A stretch of DNA of 63,661 nt, filler included, from Octopus bimaculoides (lineage: Eukaryota): assembly GCF_001194135.2 (NCBI RefSeq). It is 5 parts of 5 records of this genome, joined end to end, with 100 filler letters (N's around TTAATTAATTAA, not from the genome) between each part and the next. Parts side by side here need not be neighbours in the genome. Positions count along the whole stretch, not along the records: positions 1 to 18,743 come from NC_068994.1; positions 18,844 to 41,639 come from NC_068984.1; 3 more parts are not named here. One strand, 5' to 3'. A program made the translations under genes and the position numbers. The notes below the pieces were generated by a model that did no database searches, was not told the DNA's origin, and worked only from the letters and a program-made list of their open reading frames with translations. Within the stretch, counting starts at the first letter, position 1, and each line of letters begins with the position of its first letter. This document shows positions 15,357-27,609 of this stretch, one piece after another.

Positions 15357-16032
15357 TTAAGGGTAAAATTTCCTTTTACCCGCACCCATTTATTGCACTC
15401 GGTAAAAACACTAGTATAATAGTAATTAGGTATTCTTCCGGCAGTATATTGAATAGATATTATTCCTTAGTGAGTTGGATTCACAACCCCTAACTTTCTT
15501 GGATTATATATATATATTTATATATGACAAGCTTCTTTCAGTTTCTGTCTACCAAATACACTCTCAAGGCCTCAGTTGACCTGAGTTTATAGTATAAGAC
15601 ATTTGCACAAGGTGCCACACAGTGGAACTGAGCCCAGAACCATGTGATTGGGAAGCAAGTTTCACACCTGCACATATATTACATATATATTACATAGATA
15701 ATGGGAAAGCACACTGCAAACTGTGATACTCAATAAAATAGAAATAAAATCTTAAAATTTATTCTTTCTGTGTGGCTTGATACCAAATGATCCACAGTCT
15801 GGTGCTGGTCTGCAACCTAGTGCTTGAGGGTCCCTGTTCAAGCTCACAAGAAATTTATGATCACAATTACTAAAAGGAAACCACTTGATAGCTTAACTTT
15901 GTCAAGTTTTCTGCTTCAGTAGTGAAATATTTATAAAACGTGGAAAAGAAAAATTTGCTCATGCTGAGTTTCTGTATATCTTTGACAAAGTAGAACTGAC
16001 AGTGATTTTAAATTCTGGTACTGCGAGCAGAC

Positions 16033-16079
<47 letters not shown>

Positions 16080-16405
16080 TAATGGCACAAATTAAATGAG
16101 GGGAATGAAAGATAGACAAATGGACATCATGAGAAGTTACAGCAGAGAGAGATAAAGAGAGAATGAGATGTTAAGATGTAATAAATGACTTCATTTGCTA
16201 CTGACACGTCTCCCCCAGTGTCCAGTCAGTTGTACCAAGTCACCTGCGATCAAACAGGTGCATAGAATAGTCTCCTTCTGCAACAGAAAAGCTGGATAGA
16301 GACTAAAAGGAAACAAATGGTTATCCCACCAGATTAACAAAAGCAGGAGAAATGTTGGGTTCCTAGAAATTTGCCATACTGAAACCTGTGACTAAAGCTG
16401 TAAAG

Positions 16406-16893
16406 TAGTGGTTCTCAGCCTGGGTGCATATGACCCTTGTGAGGTCTATTTAAGATTTTTGGGGGTCCACACCAGTAAAATAGTACATTGGGTCCACAGT
16501 AATATTTTATGGGTCTGTGAAAAGGTTTAACTTTAGAAGTATTTATTGCAAGAAACAACTAAGTTTCTTTCTCTGGTGTTTTGTGTAGTTCAGAGTACAG
16601 AAGGGAATGTGTGATGAACAAAATAGGAACTTTGAAAGACCTCTTCAATGACTCTTTCATCCATGTATTTCCTCCTGTTCTGTTTAGTCCCTTCTATCCA
16701 TTCTGTGGATGGAAGAGTCATTGAAGAGGTCACAGATGTGTGATGAAAGATTTCCAGACAATGGACATATAATAAAATTTTGAAAGAAGTATCTATAAAC
16801 CTAATTTTTAAACATCGACTGGTTATAGGGGTCCACCAGAATGGAATAGTAATCAAAGGGGTCCAGGAATAAAGAAATTGTTGAGAACTGCTG
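16406..16893. mobile_element. hAT (Charlie-like) MITE
   Basis: TIRs tagtggttctcagc / gttgagaactgctg; decayed 8-bp TSD ctgtaaag / ctgaagag; repeated ggggtcca subterminal motifs. An internal segment recurs at ~36415-36500. Confidence 0.75.
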
Positions 16894-16954
16894 CTGAAGA
16901 GTGAGAAAGTCATTGCACATGTTAGTATGGGCAAGTACTAATGGAGCTTGTTGT

Positions 16955-17170
16955 GGAGGCACATGGCTTAGTGATTAGGGTGTTGGATTCATCATTGTAA
17001 GATTGTGGTTTCGATTCCTGGACTGGGTGACATGTTGTCTTTCTTGAGCAAAACACTTCATTTCACGTTGCTCCGGTTCACTCAGCAGGCAAAGAGAGCA
17101 ATCCTGCAATGGATCAGCATCCCATCCAGGTGGGGAACTTATACATCATGAAACTGGGAAACTGGCCCTT
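16955..17170 (+). mobile_element. tRNA-headed SINE (family D)
   Basis: aggcacatggcttagtgattagggtgttgg..ggtttcgattcc..ttcttgagcaaaacacttcatttcacgttgctcc; a second copy lies at 50050-50290. Confidence 0.75.
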
Positions 17171-17621
17171 AGGAGCTGGTTAATGGAACGTATTGTAGAA
17201 AACAGAGCCAGGCAGAATACCATTTCTCTTGAGGGTTATGCATGTGTAATGTACTTTCCTGTAGGTCAATGTTTCATGTAGCAAAGCAGATACAGGTGTA
17301 ACCTCTTCAACCATGAAGCAGCTATTTCATTTCACTACATGTTAAGGATTTCCTCATTGTTTTTAAACTTTTGTTCTTCTATCAAATACATGTCACAACT
17401 ATAACCAATAACAGAAAGACAGAAACTGAAGGGGTGGAGAGTGGGGGAGAAAGAGAGGGAGAGAGAGAGAGATAGCAAAGAAAATTTTTATGTATATGTA
17501 TATATAATATCTTGTAGAAATTAAGTATGGCAATAAGTTTTAGAAACAATAAGAACGTCTAAACGTACAAGACTGGAACACTTAAGATAGCCATACATAC
17601 ACAAACACACACTTGCATCAG

Positions 17622-17686
<65 letters not shown>

Positions 17687-18355
17687 TCTATCTATCTATC
17701 TGTCTGTCTATCTATTTATCTATCTATGTATCAATCTATGTATCTATCTATCTGTCTATCTGTTTGTCTATCTATCTGTTTATCTATCTGTCTGTCTGTC
17801 TAACTGTGTGTCTCTTTCTCTCTCTTTACATGTGTGTGTGTGCATGTATACACACGCATGCACATACATATANNNNNNNNNNGTCTATCTGTTTGTCTAT
17901 CTATCTGTTTATCTATCTGTCTGTCTGTCTAACTGTGTGTCTCTTTCTCTCTCTTTACATGTGTGTGTGTGCATGTATACACACGCATGCACATACATAT
18001 ATATATGCATGCTTATACGTACACTTGCATATACCTACACACACATGCACACACACACACACACAAACAAACACAAACACAAAGAGTGAGAAAGAGAGAG
18101 AGAGAGAGAGAGAGAATCTTTAGTATCAATGGTGACTGTTTAGTTTGAAGTTTCACCAATATCGGCTTTCTCAAAATAGATTGATATCGGTTTTAAGAAA
18201 CAAGTGTCAGTGAAAGTTTGAAGTAAATGGTCACTATTGATAATTTAGTTGGATTCTACTACAGTCAGTCCTGGCACCTTTATTCAGTGCAGGTTTAGTG
18301 TGCTCAAGTACACTAAAGTACATGAGTCTACAAAACAAAGAATACAATAGATATG

Positions 18356-18404
<49 letters not shown>

Positions 18405-18700
18405 TAGCAGAAATGGAATGAGGGGAATGAGGGATAGACAAATGGACAACATAAGAAGTTACAGCAGGTAGACGAATATGCGAAAAGTGATGGATCAAGT
18501 AGAAAGACACACAGACACACACACACATACATACACACACATACAGACACACATAAACACAGAAAGTATAATGAGAAATGCTGCGCACACAGAAAAGTAC
18601 ACTAATAGAAGAAAAAAGGAATAGAAATAGACTGATGTTTCAGAAGAACTGAGTAAGATGCAAAATAAAAGAAACAAGAAAAGAAAGGAGACCTATTTGA

Positions 18701-18743
<43 letters not shown>

Positions 18744-18843
18744 NNNNNNNNNNNNNNNNNNNNNNNNNNNNNNNNNNNNNNNNNNNNTTAATTAATTAAN
18801 NNNNNNNNNNNNNNNNNNNNNNNNNNNNNNNNNNNNNNNNNNN
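18744..18843. other. Artificial scaffolding spacer 44N-TTAATTAATTAA-44N (also 41640-41739, 56962-57061, 60085-60184)
   Basis: Identical 100-nt layout four times; the 12-mer gives stops in all six frames. Confidence 0.95.
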
Positions 18844-19793
18844 TATATATATATATATATATATATATATTTACATACATATAAGAGGGATGACCACTGA
18901 TTTTAAATTGATATTAATCAAATTAATATTCAATTTTTCGCCCTTATTATTTAAATTTATATATGTATTTATATATATATACGATGGGCTTCTTTCAGTT
19001 TCTATCTGATTACAAGGCTTTGAGGTGCTACACAGTGGGACTGAACCCAGAACCATGTGGTTGGGAAGCAAGCTTCTTACTACACGGCCATGCCTGTGCC
19101 TGTATATATATATATAAAAATATCACCATTGGTTACATGTGTGGAAGATGTTGCTAATTGTTAAAAAATTACCCCAGTAATAGAGCATGTTTTCTAAACT
19201 CTTATTGATACCTTCAAGTGGATAGCATAAACACTTCCAATTCTAATGTATCATTAATGTGATTCCCAGATGATCTGGTACTTATCACAGATCATAAAGT
19301 GAAACAGTGATGATGTACTGAAGGCTGAATACAAAAAATTTCTTGATTAAAATTTCCCTTTTATTTAGAGAAAGGAAACAAAACAACCTAGTGACACTTG
19401 TCAGTGATTTACAAAGATAAGGAAAAATAATTTGAAGAAATTAAAAAAATTCCACTTAATTGACATGTTTAGAGAAAGGACAGCTTGATCTTTCTAAGCA
19501 AGATGCTACTAGGGACATGTTTCGGTTGACAAGACTAAGATATATTGATAAATCAGGCAAAAAGAATAAAGTGTTCTGCAAAGAAACCCAGCAGCAGATT
19601 AAAAATATAACTCATAAGCAGTCAGTCATAATAGCTTTATTTGGTCATCTAGATTCTTCCAAAATCAACACTGGGAATAACAATAAAAAGAGCTAAAAGG
19701 AGGTACAAATTTGTCGTGGATTAGGGATCAGTGTTTTATTAATGTAAGGATATGCTGCAACAAACCAAAATACTAAATATGGTAACTACTTAC

Positions 19794-20057
19794 CTTTAGG
19801 TTGCCTGGATCTGTGAGATTTGATGAGGAATCAAAAACCAGGTGTTCTGCTCTGGGTTCAATTAAACGTGCTGTAGATAAACTAGCCAGAGGCAAGTGAT
19901 AACCAGTAATTAACTGTTGAAACACCAGAGTAGCTTCGGTAAACATGTGGAGATTTGTTAAAGCTTGCAGCCTAAATATTTGACCCTGAACATAAAGTTT
20001 CGTATCATGAAACAGTCTGCGAGTCAAATAAAGAAGTAACGTGAGAAGAGGCAACAT
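19794..20057 (-). CDS. CFAP54: CFAP54-like exon (9th found), phase 0/0: MLPLLTLLLYLTRRLFHDTKLYVQGQIFRLQALTNLHMFTEA...VFDSSSNLTDPGNLK
   Basis: tttcag| acceptor and AAG|gtaagt donor; 264 nt. Resembles the remembered vertebrate LPLLALYQYFV...ARILKIEVL.DL.FFSEA...FDSGKPL region. Confidence 0.88.
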
Positions 20058-20959
20058 CTGAAATTTATTAAAAAGTATTTATAATTAGATAAGTTTATTT
20101 AATTGCATGAATATATATAATTTGTAAGTTCATATGTACAAGTAAATATTTATATATTTGTTTATTAACTTTATTGCTATTTGCCCATCTATCAATTTGT
20201 ATGTATGGATAAATATGTACACATATGTCTGATATACTTATAAATAACATGTAAAAGCTACTATAAGTATTAACTCTTACGTCAAGTACTTCTCTTATCA
20301 TTCTCTTTTGCCAAACTGCTAAGTTACAGGGACGTAAACCAACACCAGTTGTCACGCGGTAATGGGAGGACAAGCACAGACACAAAACACACACACACAC
20401 ACACACATATATATGACAGGCTTCTTTCAGTTTCTGTCTACCAAATCCATATATATACATATATATATATTCTTTTCTACTCTAGGCACAAGGCCCAAAA
20501 TTTTGCAGGAGGGAGCCAGTCAATTAGCTCAACCCCAGTACACAACTGGTACTTAATTTATTGACCCCAAAAGGATAAAAGGCAAAGTCGATCTTGGTGG
20601 AATTCAAACAATACATATATATATATATATATATATACATTACACAATGATTTGGTGTGTTTATGTCCCTGTAACTAGCAGTTTGACAAAAGAGGCTGAT
20701 AGAATAAGTGCCATGTTAAGAAAAATAAGTAATGGGATCAATTCATTTGACTAAAAATTCTTCATGGCCACAGTCTTATGACTGAAACAAGTAAAATAGA
20801 AAATGTATTTTATATGTGTATCATATATGTGCATAGTTGTGCAAAAAAAAGTTCACTTTGCAGCCATGCTATTCTGAATTCAGTCCCATTGCATGATATT
20901 ATTATAACTACTGCTATTGCTCTTACCACCATCATTATCTCCACCACCACCATCACTTT

Positions 20960-21895
20960 TATTGCCCCCTATTCTATACTTGCATGGGTTGGGTGGCTCC
21001 TTTCCAATACAATATCTCCCCATGTGTTGTATTCTTTTGCCATCTCCTTTGTTAGATTCAGCATTCTGAAATCAGTTTTCATCACTTCTTCCTGCATTCT
21101 CCATAGTTTTCCCTCTTTCACAGTTTCCTTCCACATGATTCTCCTGTAAATTTTTACCTCAAGAGTTATCATCCATATGCCTTATATGTCCCTACCCATG
21201 CAGTCTTATCTCTTCTTGATTCCTTTTATCTCTTAACTTATCTATACCATGTCATTTATGTAAACTAACATTACACATCCATCAGAGCATGCTTACGCCA
21301 TTTCTCTCCAACCTTCATATATTCACTGAATTCAATGGTCACATCTCACTACCATGCGGCGTCACAATTTATTTAGATATAGTGTGCAATCAATCATTTA
21401 TTTAAAGAGAAAATCCTCTTGTTGCCAGCCGAGGTACCAACTTCCTGAACATTTTCCACTCAGTTATTGTTCTGGCTACTATGCTTTCAGCACAGTCTCT
21501 TTCATAGCTGATTGGGCTGCATAGATAACAAAGCTGCCAACTACTTCTGTAGAGCCTTCAAAGCATTAAAACAGAGTTACACTACTGACTATTAACTACT
21601 TCTTTACATCTACTACATCAGCTAGTTTGTGATCTTAGTGCACCCACTTCACAGTGTACACCACAGAAGTTATTACCTACTACTTTTTGCATAATGAACA
21701 TGTTTGAAGAATCTTGTCTGCTTTCCTACTTACTAAAATTTTGCTCTTCATCAAGTTTACCCCAAGGCCTCTCAATTCAGGTATTCGTTTCTGTATATAG
21801 AAGTTCATTGCTGAGTTTTTCACAGACTCTGCTATAAGGACATTAGTATATAGGACAGCTGACCTCAAACTGCTATGTTATAACCTGGAGAACTC
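20960..21895 (-). mobile_element. Heavily decayed RTE-clade LINE 3' half (same family as 2043-2440)
   Basis: Relics of LLYADD (now LYTNV), GL.VNL.K.KILVSRKAD, CS.C.K.VGNN, LERN..SML.WMCNV and EEV.K.DFRMLNLT.EMAK...PTHAS, with many stops and frameshifts. Confidence 0.85.
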
Positions 21896-22152
21896 TAAGA
21901 AAATTGTATGTGTACTTGTATGTTCATGTATGTGTGTATGTGTGCATGGATTTGTACATGCCTGTGTTTATGATTATACCAATCTAAAAAGAAAACTTGT
22001 ATTGTTTATGTTATATCCTTTTATGTTCAATAACTTTATGCATCGACAAGGTTTGCTTCAACATTACTGTAGTCCACTTACTGGAAATACTAAAAGATTA
22101 AAAGAATAAAATAATATGCATGTGTACATGTAAGTGGCTATGTACTTTATAC

Positions 22153-22353
22153 CTTTAAATAATATCCATTGATATATAATGTTTCAATAACTGACTGGAG
22201 AGCAAAGATAAGTTGTCTACTAGGACAACGATAGTGATCAGAAAATAAATGCGCGTCAGAGATGACATCTCGAGTCAGAAAATTATCTCCTACATTGTAC
22301 ATAGCAAATTTTACATCAACAGTTGGATGTTGCAAGGAACCACAGAAAATCGC
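22153..22353 (-). CDS. CFAP54: CFAP54-like exon 8, phase 0/0: AIFCGSLQHPTVDVKFAMYNVG...HLFSDHYRCPSRQLIFALQSVIETLYINGYYLK
   Basis: Long polypyrimidine tract plus ttcag|, AAG|gtataa donor; 201 nt; LxHP...LFSDxYR motif. Confidence 0.88.
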
Positions 22354-23339
22354 CTGAAAAAAAGAAAGAAAGAAATTAAAACCATGCCATGTGAAAAGAA
22401 TGAGTTGTTATATTTGGAAATTTTTTTAAATGGCTGGATACTGAAAGCTATGAATATGTGTGATGACACAAGACTTTTAAACAGACTAAAGCAGTGGTAC
22501 ACATGACTGAAATCATTACATTTGTTATTACTGAATTTATAACTGTTAAGATTGCACAGACTAGTAAATTAGTGCTTTAGTCTACTATTACTAAATATAT
22601 TTGAAATGTAGTTGTTATAAAAGTAGAAATGGATTTGAACATAAAGTAATTTTTTAAAAATTTGTCATTAAAAAATTCTGTTTTAGGCATAGATGACTGA
22701 ATAAGCCCTGAAAAATGAAAGATTCTATATCAAGATGACAAGTTGAAAGCAGTTGTTTGGAGCACTGTATCTATAATACTGATAAAGGAATTCTTTCCCA
22801 ATGTATATACCAAAAGTATTATACAATCCTGCAATAAAATATGGACAGTAAGAATCTTTAATGACTTGGAAATATCTCAGTATGATTTACTGAATGTACA
22901 ATAGGTACTTTGAAGAAAACTAATTAAAGGCTTAGTACATGCCTTTATAAATTATAAATACATTATCTCCTTATGTCATTTATCGGCTGGACTATCAGAT
23001 GTTCTTATACACCACTGGTCACAAAGCACTTTCATCCTTCCCTTAATTGGGATCTTCTCTTCCTCTTGAGCCTAAATTATTTGATTATGCCATCTTCCTA
23101 TAATCTTGGAGGTCTTCTGGGAGGTCCCTTCTGATCTCTTAAATCAGTTTTAAAGCATTCTCATTTTCACAGATTAGATGGTGTAAAAGGTTTTTCAGAT
23201 GTCCTCAGTCTCCCTTTTGTCTCTCACTGTGAACCCATCTTTGTTCTTGAGTGCTGTCACCTCCAATTTATGTAAATTTATTTAAAACTGATGAAAAGAA
23301 ATAAAGCCTCTGGAAAGGATGGTATAACAATGGAAATGT

Positions 23340-23797
23340 TGAGGGTGGAAAAGAATTACTGTGGAAAATCCTTGCACACTGAGTTATAATGTTCTCAGTC
23401 ACTTCTGTTGTTTATAGCAGTGCTTGGGGGTAAAGTGAGTAAAGTGTGGTCATCTCAGAAAGAACATTGGGTTTCAGCTGTGCAGGATCTTCTTGACTGT
23501 GTTGAGGAAGATGAAAAGGTTTTGAAAACGCTAACAGGTGACAAATCATGAATCTATGGCTATGACCCTGAAACCAAAGTACAGTCTTCATAATGGAAGG
23601 ACCCAACAAGATTTCAAAATAGCAAGGAAATCTGAAAGAATGCAATAAGGCAGCTGCTTGTTATTCCTAAAAAGGAGTTTCAGGAATGCTTCCATCAATG
23701 GAAATGTCTCTAGATGGTTTTGAAGACGATTAAATGCCGAATAGATATGTGTTATAGTTTCTTTTTACAACAATAGTCCCAATAATTTTTGACCTTG
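23340..23797 (+). mobile_element. Truncated mariner-type transposase relic
   Basis: QKEH.VS..QDLLDCVEEDEKVLKTLTGDKS*IYGYDPETKVQSS*WK matches the mariner TGDETW.Y.YDPETK.QS..W motif; internally deleted. Confidence 0.7.
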
Positions 23798-23893
23798 TAT
23801 ATATTATTATATGTATATTATTATATATATTATCATATGTATCATCTATGTTATTATCATTTCATACATATATAATCTAACTATTATATAGAA

Positions 23894-23932
<39 letters not shown>

Positions 23933-24078
23933 ATATTACCATATAATAGTTAAATTTCATGAAATGATCCCTCAGTGTAATTACAACCACTCTTACTTAA
24001 AAATAACATATTCCCACACAAATCCACAAATTTCAGAAAAACATGTTATATGGCTTATTAAATAGTTACACAACCTAC

Positions 24079-24145
24079 CTTGTACAAGTGATAAGCTAAG
24101 AAGCAGAACTCCAGCTGATGACTGGTGTCAGTTACTATACAGTAT
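24079..24145 (-). CDS. CFAP54: CFAP54-like exon 7, phase 2/0: (R)YCIVTDTSHQLEFCFLAYHLYK
   Basis: ctacag| acceptor and AAG|gtaggt donor; 67 nt; exactly bridges the phases of its neighbours. Too short for the ORF track. Confidence 0.8.
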
Positions 24146-25018
24146 CTGTAGATTAAGAGCAACAGCCAAAAATTTAGAAGTTACATAGTCATGTTTACAA
24201 AGTAACAATCTGCAGCTATTCAAATTTTTAGGAGTGAAAATTAGAAAATGTAACAATTTCTATTGTTAAATTACTACCAATTCAGTTGTAGAAACAGAAT
24301 TCTTTGATGATGGTCACTTTGAAATAGAGAATACAGTTGGTACATGCATGAATGGCATAAAGGATTAGAGTGTTATTAGTCTTAGTTTCTCAAAATCTAT
24401 ATTCAGAAATAAGCTTAATGACCGTCAGAGATCAGACTGACTGAAACAGAGTGTATTTGTAAATATTAAAAGTTTTTTTTTATTTCTAAAGATGAAGCTA
24501 ATAATCTGAAAGATTATTTCCAAACTCTCCCATACTTGACAGAGTGATGCAGCTGATGTGTAGCCTGAACATCTACCAGTGAAAGTCTAAAGGAAATACG
24601 TTGCAAGAATCCAAACCAAACTCCATTTACTTCTCCAACTATACAGTAAACTTTGCTTCAGAATTTCATGAAACAAGTGATGGTATTAAACTTGCCAGCT
24701 TGTTAGAGATAAAATATTGTGGACCTATAAAATTATTTGAAACAAAAACACATTTTATAAGAAAAAATAAACATCTGTAAGATGTAAATAAAAATGCTAT
24801 TGTTTCTAAACTTAATTTTTAATTAAAAAATTTGAGTTGTCATCATTAAAATTTATTTTAATAAGCTAAGGGAAAAGGAGCAGGGCTGATGATCTTTGTA
24901 AGCTCTCCAAGACAATTTAGAATAACGAACCTGCTGTACAGCCTGGAAACATGAGAAGGCAAATGTCTGAAGGGAATATCTAAATGGGGAAGTACTTCAG
25001 AGCAAATAGTGATATTAA

Positions 25019-25233
25019 CCCTTTAACATTTAAATCAGCAATATCCAAATATTCTGCCTGTTTTGCATTCAAACTAGCAAGATTTGGCTTCTCACACCTA
25101 CCTTACAATGTAATTCTAAAATTAAACAATCACACCATCAAAATCCCAAAGCTATGAAATAATGCACAATTAATTCAAAACAGTGTGAATGCATAATCAT
25201 TGCATTTGGCAGATTAATCTAAACACTAAAGGA
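25019..25233. mobile_element. piggyBac-like MITE
   Basis: TTAA-ccctttaacattt ... aaacactaaagga-TTAA: TTAA duplication with CCCTTTA-type termini. Confidence 0.7.
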
Positions 25234-25374
25234 TTAAACTGGGTAACATGCAAGGCCTCCCTTGCGGTAAATTTTTAGGTAGATTTTTAAAAAAGGAGTT
25301 AGAAAAAGAATATTCAATTCTATATGAAACATAAAGGGCATATTGATAGTCATTCAGTAAATCTTTATGATTAC

Positions 25375-25545
25375 CTTGCAATGAATACTGCAACAGTGCC
25401 TCCAAGGAGACAACCCCAGATTCCACAGGTCTTCAATAAGTGAGCATCAATATCATCTTGGTAGACACTTCTCCAATTGCTTGCAGATTTTTTGTTTAAT
25501 CGAAGAATTAGTTCAAGAGAACTATTCCAAGATTGGAAAGCTGCT
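25375..25545 (-). CDS. CFAP54: CFAP54-like exon 6, phase 2/2: (K)AAFQSWNSSLELILRL...LLKTCGIWGCLLGGTVAVFIA(R)
   Basis: tattag| acceptor and AG|gtaatc donor; 171 nt; the GIWGCL.G motif is as remembered for CFAP54. Confidence 0.9.
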
Positions 25546-26491
25546 CTAATAGACAATTCACAGAAAGGTATTATTATTAAAAAGATTCAAAAACATGTCA
25601 TTTATTTGCTGTCTAGTTTCTTTTAACAAATGTTTTATTCAAAAACAGCTTAGATACAGTCACAAAGTAGTGGGGAGAAGGAAAACTAATATTTAATTTT
25701 CCTTTTTTTTCCTTTTTACTTTCAGTCGTTGGACTATAGCCATGCTGGGATACCACATTGAAAGGTTATTTTTTTAGTTGAACAAGTCAACCCTAGTACT
25801 TACTCTTTAAAGCCTAATACTTATGCTATTGAAGTTTATTTTACCAAAGTGCTAAGTTACAGGAAAATAAACAAACCAACACTAGTTGTCAAGCAGTGGA
25901 GGTGAATAAAAATATTATTGCTAAATAAAATGACACTTCCCAAGAAAAACTTAAAAGGGGAGATGTTGTAGAGAATTAGTAATAATGGTAAACCCCTCCC
26001 ATGTGACAAGTGATATGAGTTAGTCACTACAAATAGGAGAATACATAGAGTATGAGAGTATGTGTAGACTGTGTTGATATTCATGTCTGTGCTGATATAG
26101 CAATTATACTGTGGTACTGAGTGGACGCTATAATGATTCAACCTTTTGAGGATAATAACACTGTATGCACAGTGCCACATTGAAACATCCTATTGACAAC
26201 TTCAGAATATGACAATATCTGTCAGATTAACAACTGTTGTACAAAGACAGATATAACAGTGGCCAAAGACTGCTTTATAATATATATACAACCCTTGAGT
26301 ATTAAAAGTAAGTGTTACTTTCTGAGAAATACACTAATCTTACACTACAAGCAAAGAGCACTGTGTTAAGGCTATGAGTTTATAGCCTGAGTTTATAACC
26401 CAAGTGAAACCGGGTCCTTCATATTTATTGTTTATTAATCTGAATAAGAACAGCACAAACCCAGCCAATGCTGGATAATTCAGCTAGTATA

Positions 26492-26524
<33 letters not shown>

Positions 26525-27131
26525 TGTATGTATGTGTGTGTGTGTGTGTGTGTTTGTGTGTGTGTGCATGTGTGTGTGTGTGTGTCTGTGCTTTGTTTGT
26601 CCCCCATCACTGCTTGACAACTAGTGTTGGTTTATTTACATCCCTGTAACTTAGCAGTTCAGCAAAAAAATCTGACAGACTAAGTAGTAGGTTTTTAAAA
26701 AAAATAAGATCTGGGGTTGATTTATTTGACTAAACCTTTCAATGCAGTGCCCCAGCATGGATGCAATGCCCCAGCATGGATGCAGTGCAATGACTGAAAC
26801 AAATAAGATAAAAAAAATTTTTTAAATACTAAATGACTTAAGAAAATTTGATTAATTCAAAGTGATGTATTATCTTTCACCTTTTCCTTGTTTGAGTCAT
26901 TTGATTGCAGTTATGCTGGGGCACTGCCTTGGAGAATTTTAAAGTAGAGGACAGTTGACCAAGGTGTCACACAGTGGGACTGAACCCAGAACCATGTGGT
27001 TGGGAAGCAAGCTTCTTATCACACAGTCACACCTGCACCTATATCATTACTACTAAATAATAATAATATACTTTTAGAAAAGAGTTCTCAGCTTGAAGGA
27101 CATAAATCAAAGAATTTTCATGAAGACTTAC

Positions 27132-27219
27132 TTCCTATCTCCAGATATCAATTGGACATGACCCATCTCAGATAACATTTGGGCAGCAAGTTCCTTCTCA
27201 TTTTTATGCAATAAAAGTT
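27132..27219 (-). CDS. CFAP54: CFAP54-like exon 5, phase 1/2: (E)LLLHKNEKELAAQMLSEMGHVQLISGDR(K)
   Basis: ccttcag| acceptor and AA|gtaagt donor; 88 nt; in phase on both sides. Confidence 0.85.
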
Positions 27220-27609
27220 CTGAAGGTAAAAAAATATTGTAGTCATATAAAAATGAATTATAAAAGTAAACGCAATCTATATTCTAGAGGAAAGTAAACT
27301 AAATTACTTTACTTGATATATAAAATTATATCATATTAGCCTTTAATGCTCATAGACATAGAGCAAATGAGACCAAATAAACTTCTTTGGAGTAGGACAG
27401 TAGGTAGGTAGGCATAGGTAACATTCCCAGAAAAACTGGTGATGCTAAGCTTTAACAGAAAAGTTAACTGAAGCATATAGAAATAAATGTTCTGGCAAGA
27501 GACAATAAAACACAGCAGTGAATATGAACTAACTCTCAGTGGACAATTTGCATTGCCCGAGAGGGAGCACACACAAACACACATGTATTAATGTGTATGC
27601 CTATTTATA

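Noticed and set aside
15870-16005. Frame FYFVKDIQKLSMSK...TEAENLTK faintly like CFAP54 LSMLK...EAE
   Set aside because: Weak acceptor and donor and only a few matching residues; cannot be supported without an alignment.
16955-17030. tRNA-like A/B-box heads here and at ~50050 and ~41434
   Set aside because: They continue into multi-copy SINE bodies and do not form complete cloverleafs; not tRNA genes.
17754-18001. Exact 119-bp direct repeat (17754-17872 and 17883-18001)
   Set aside because: Identical copies flank a 10-N gap, which indicates an unmerged contig overlap rather than biology.
18788-18799. TTAATTAATTAA 12-mer recurring four times
   Set aside because: Always centred in 44N+44N; a synthetic six-frame-stop linker.
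21680-21868. ORF MRSAVLYTNVL...GVNLMKSKIL with a GTAAGT donor, initially resembling a CFAP54 exon
   Set aside because: It is the decayed YADD/VNL.KTK region of an RTE LINE. Exons 24079-24145 and 22153-22353 already fill this part of the protein in phase.
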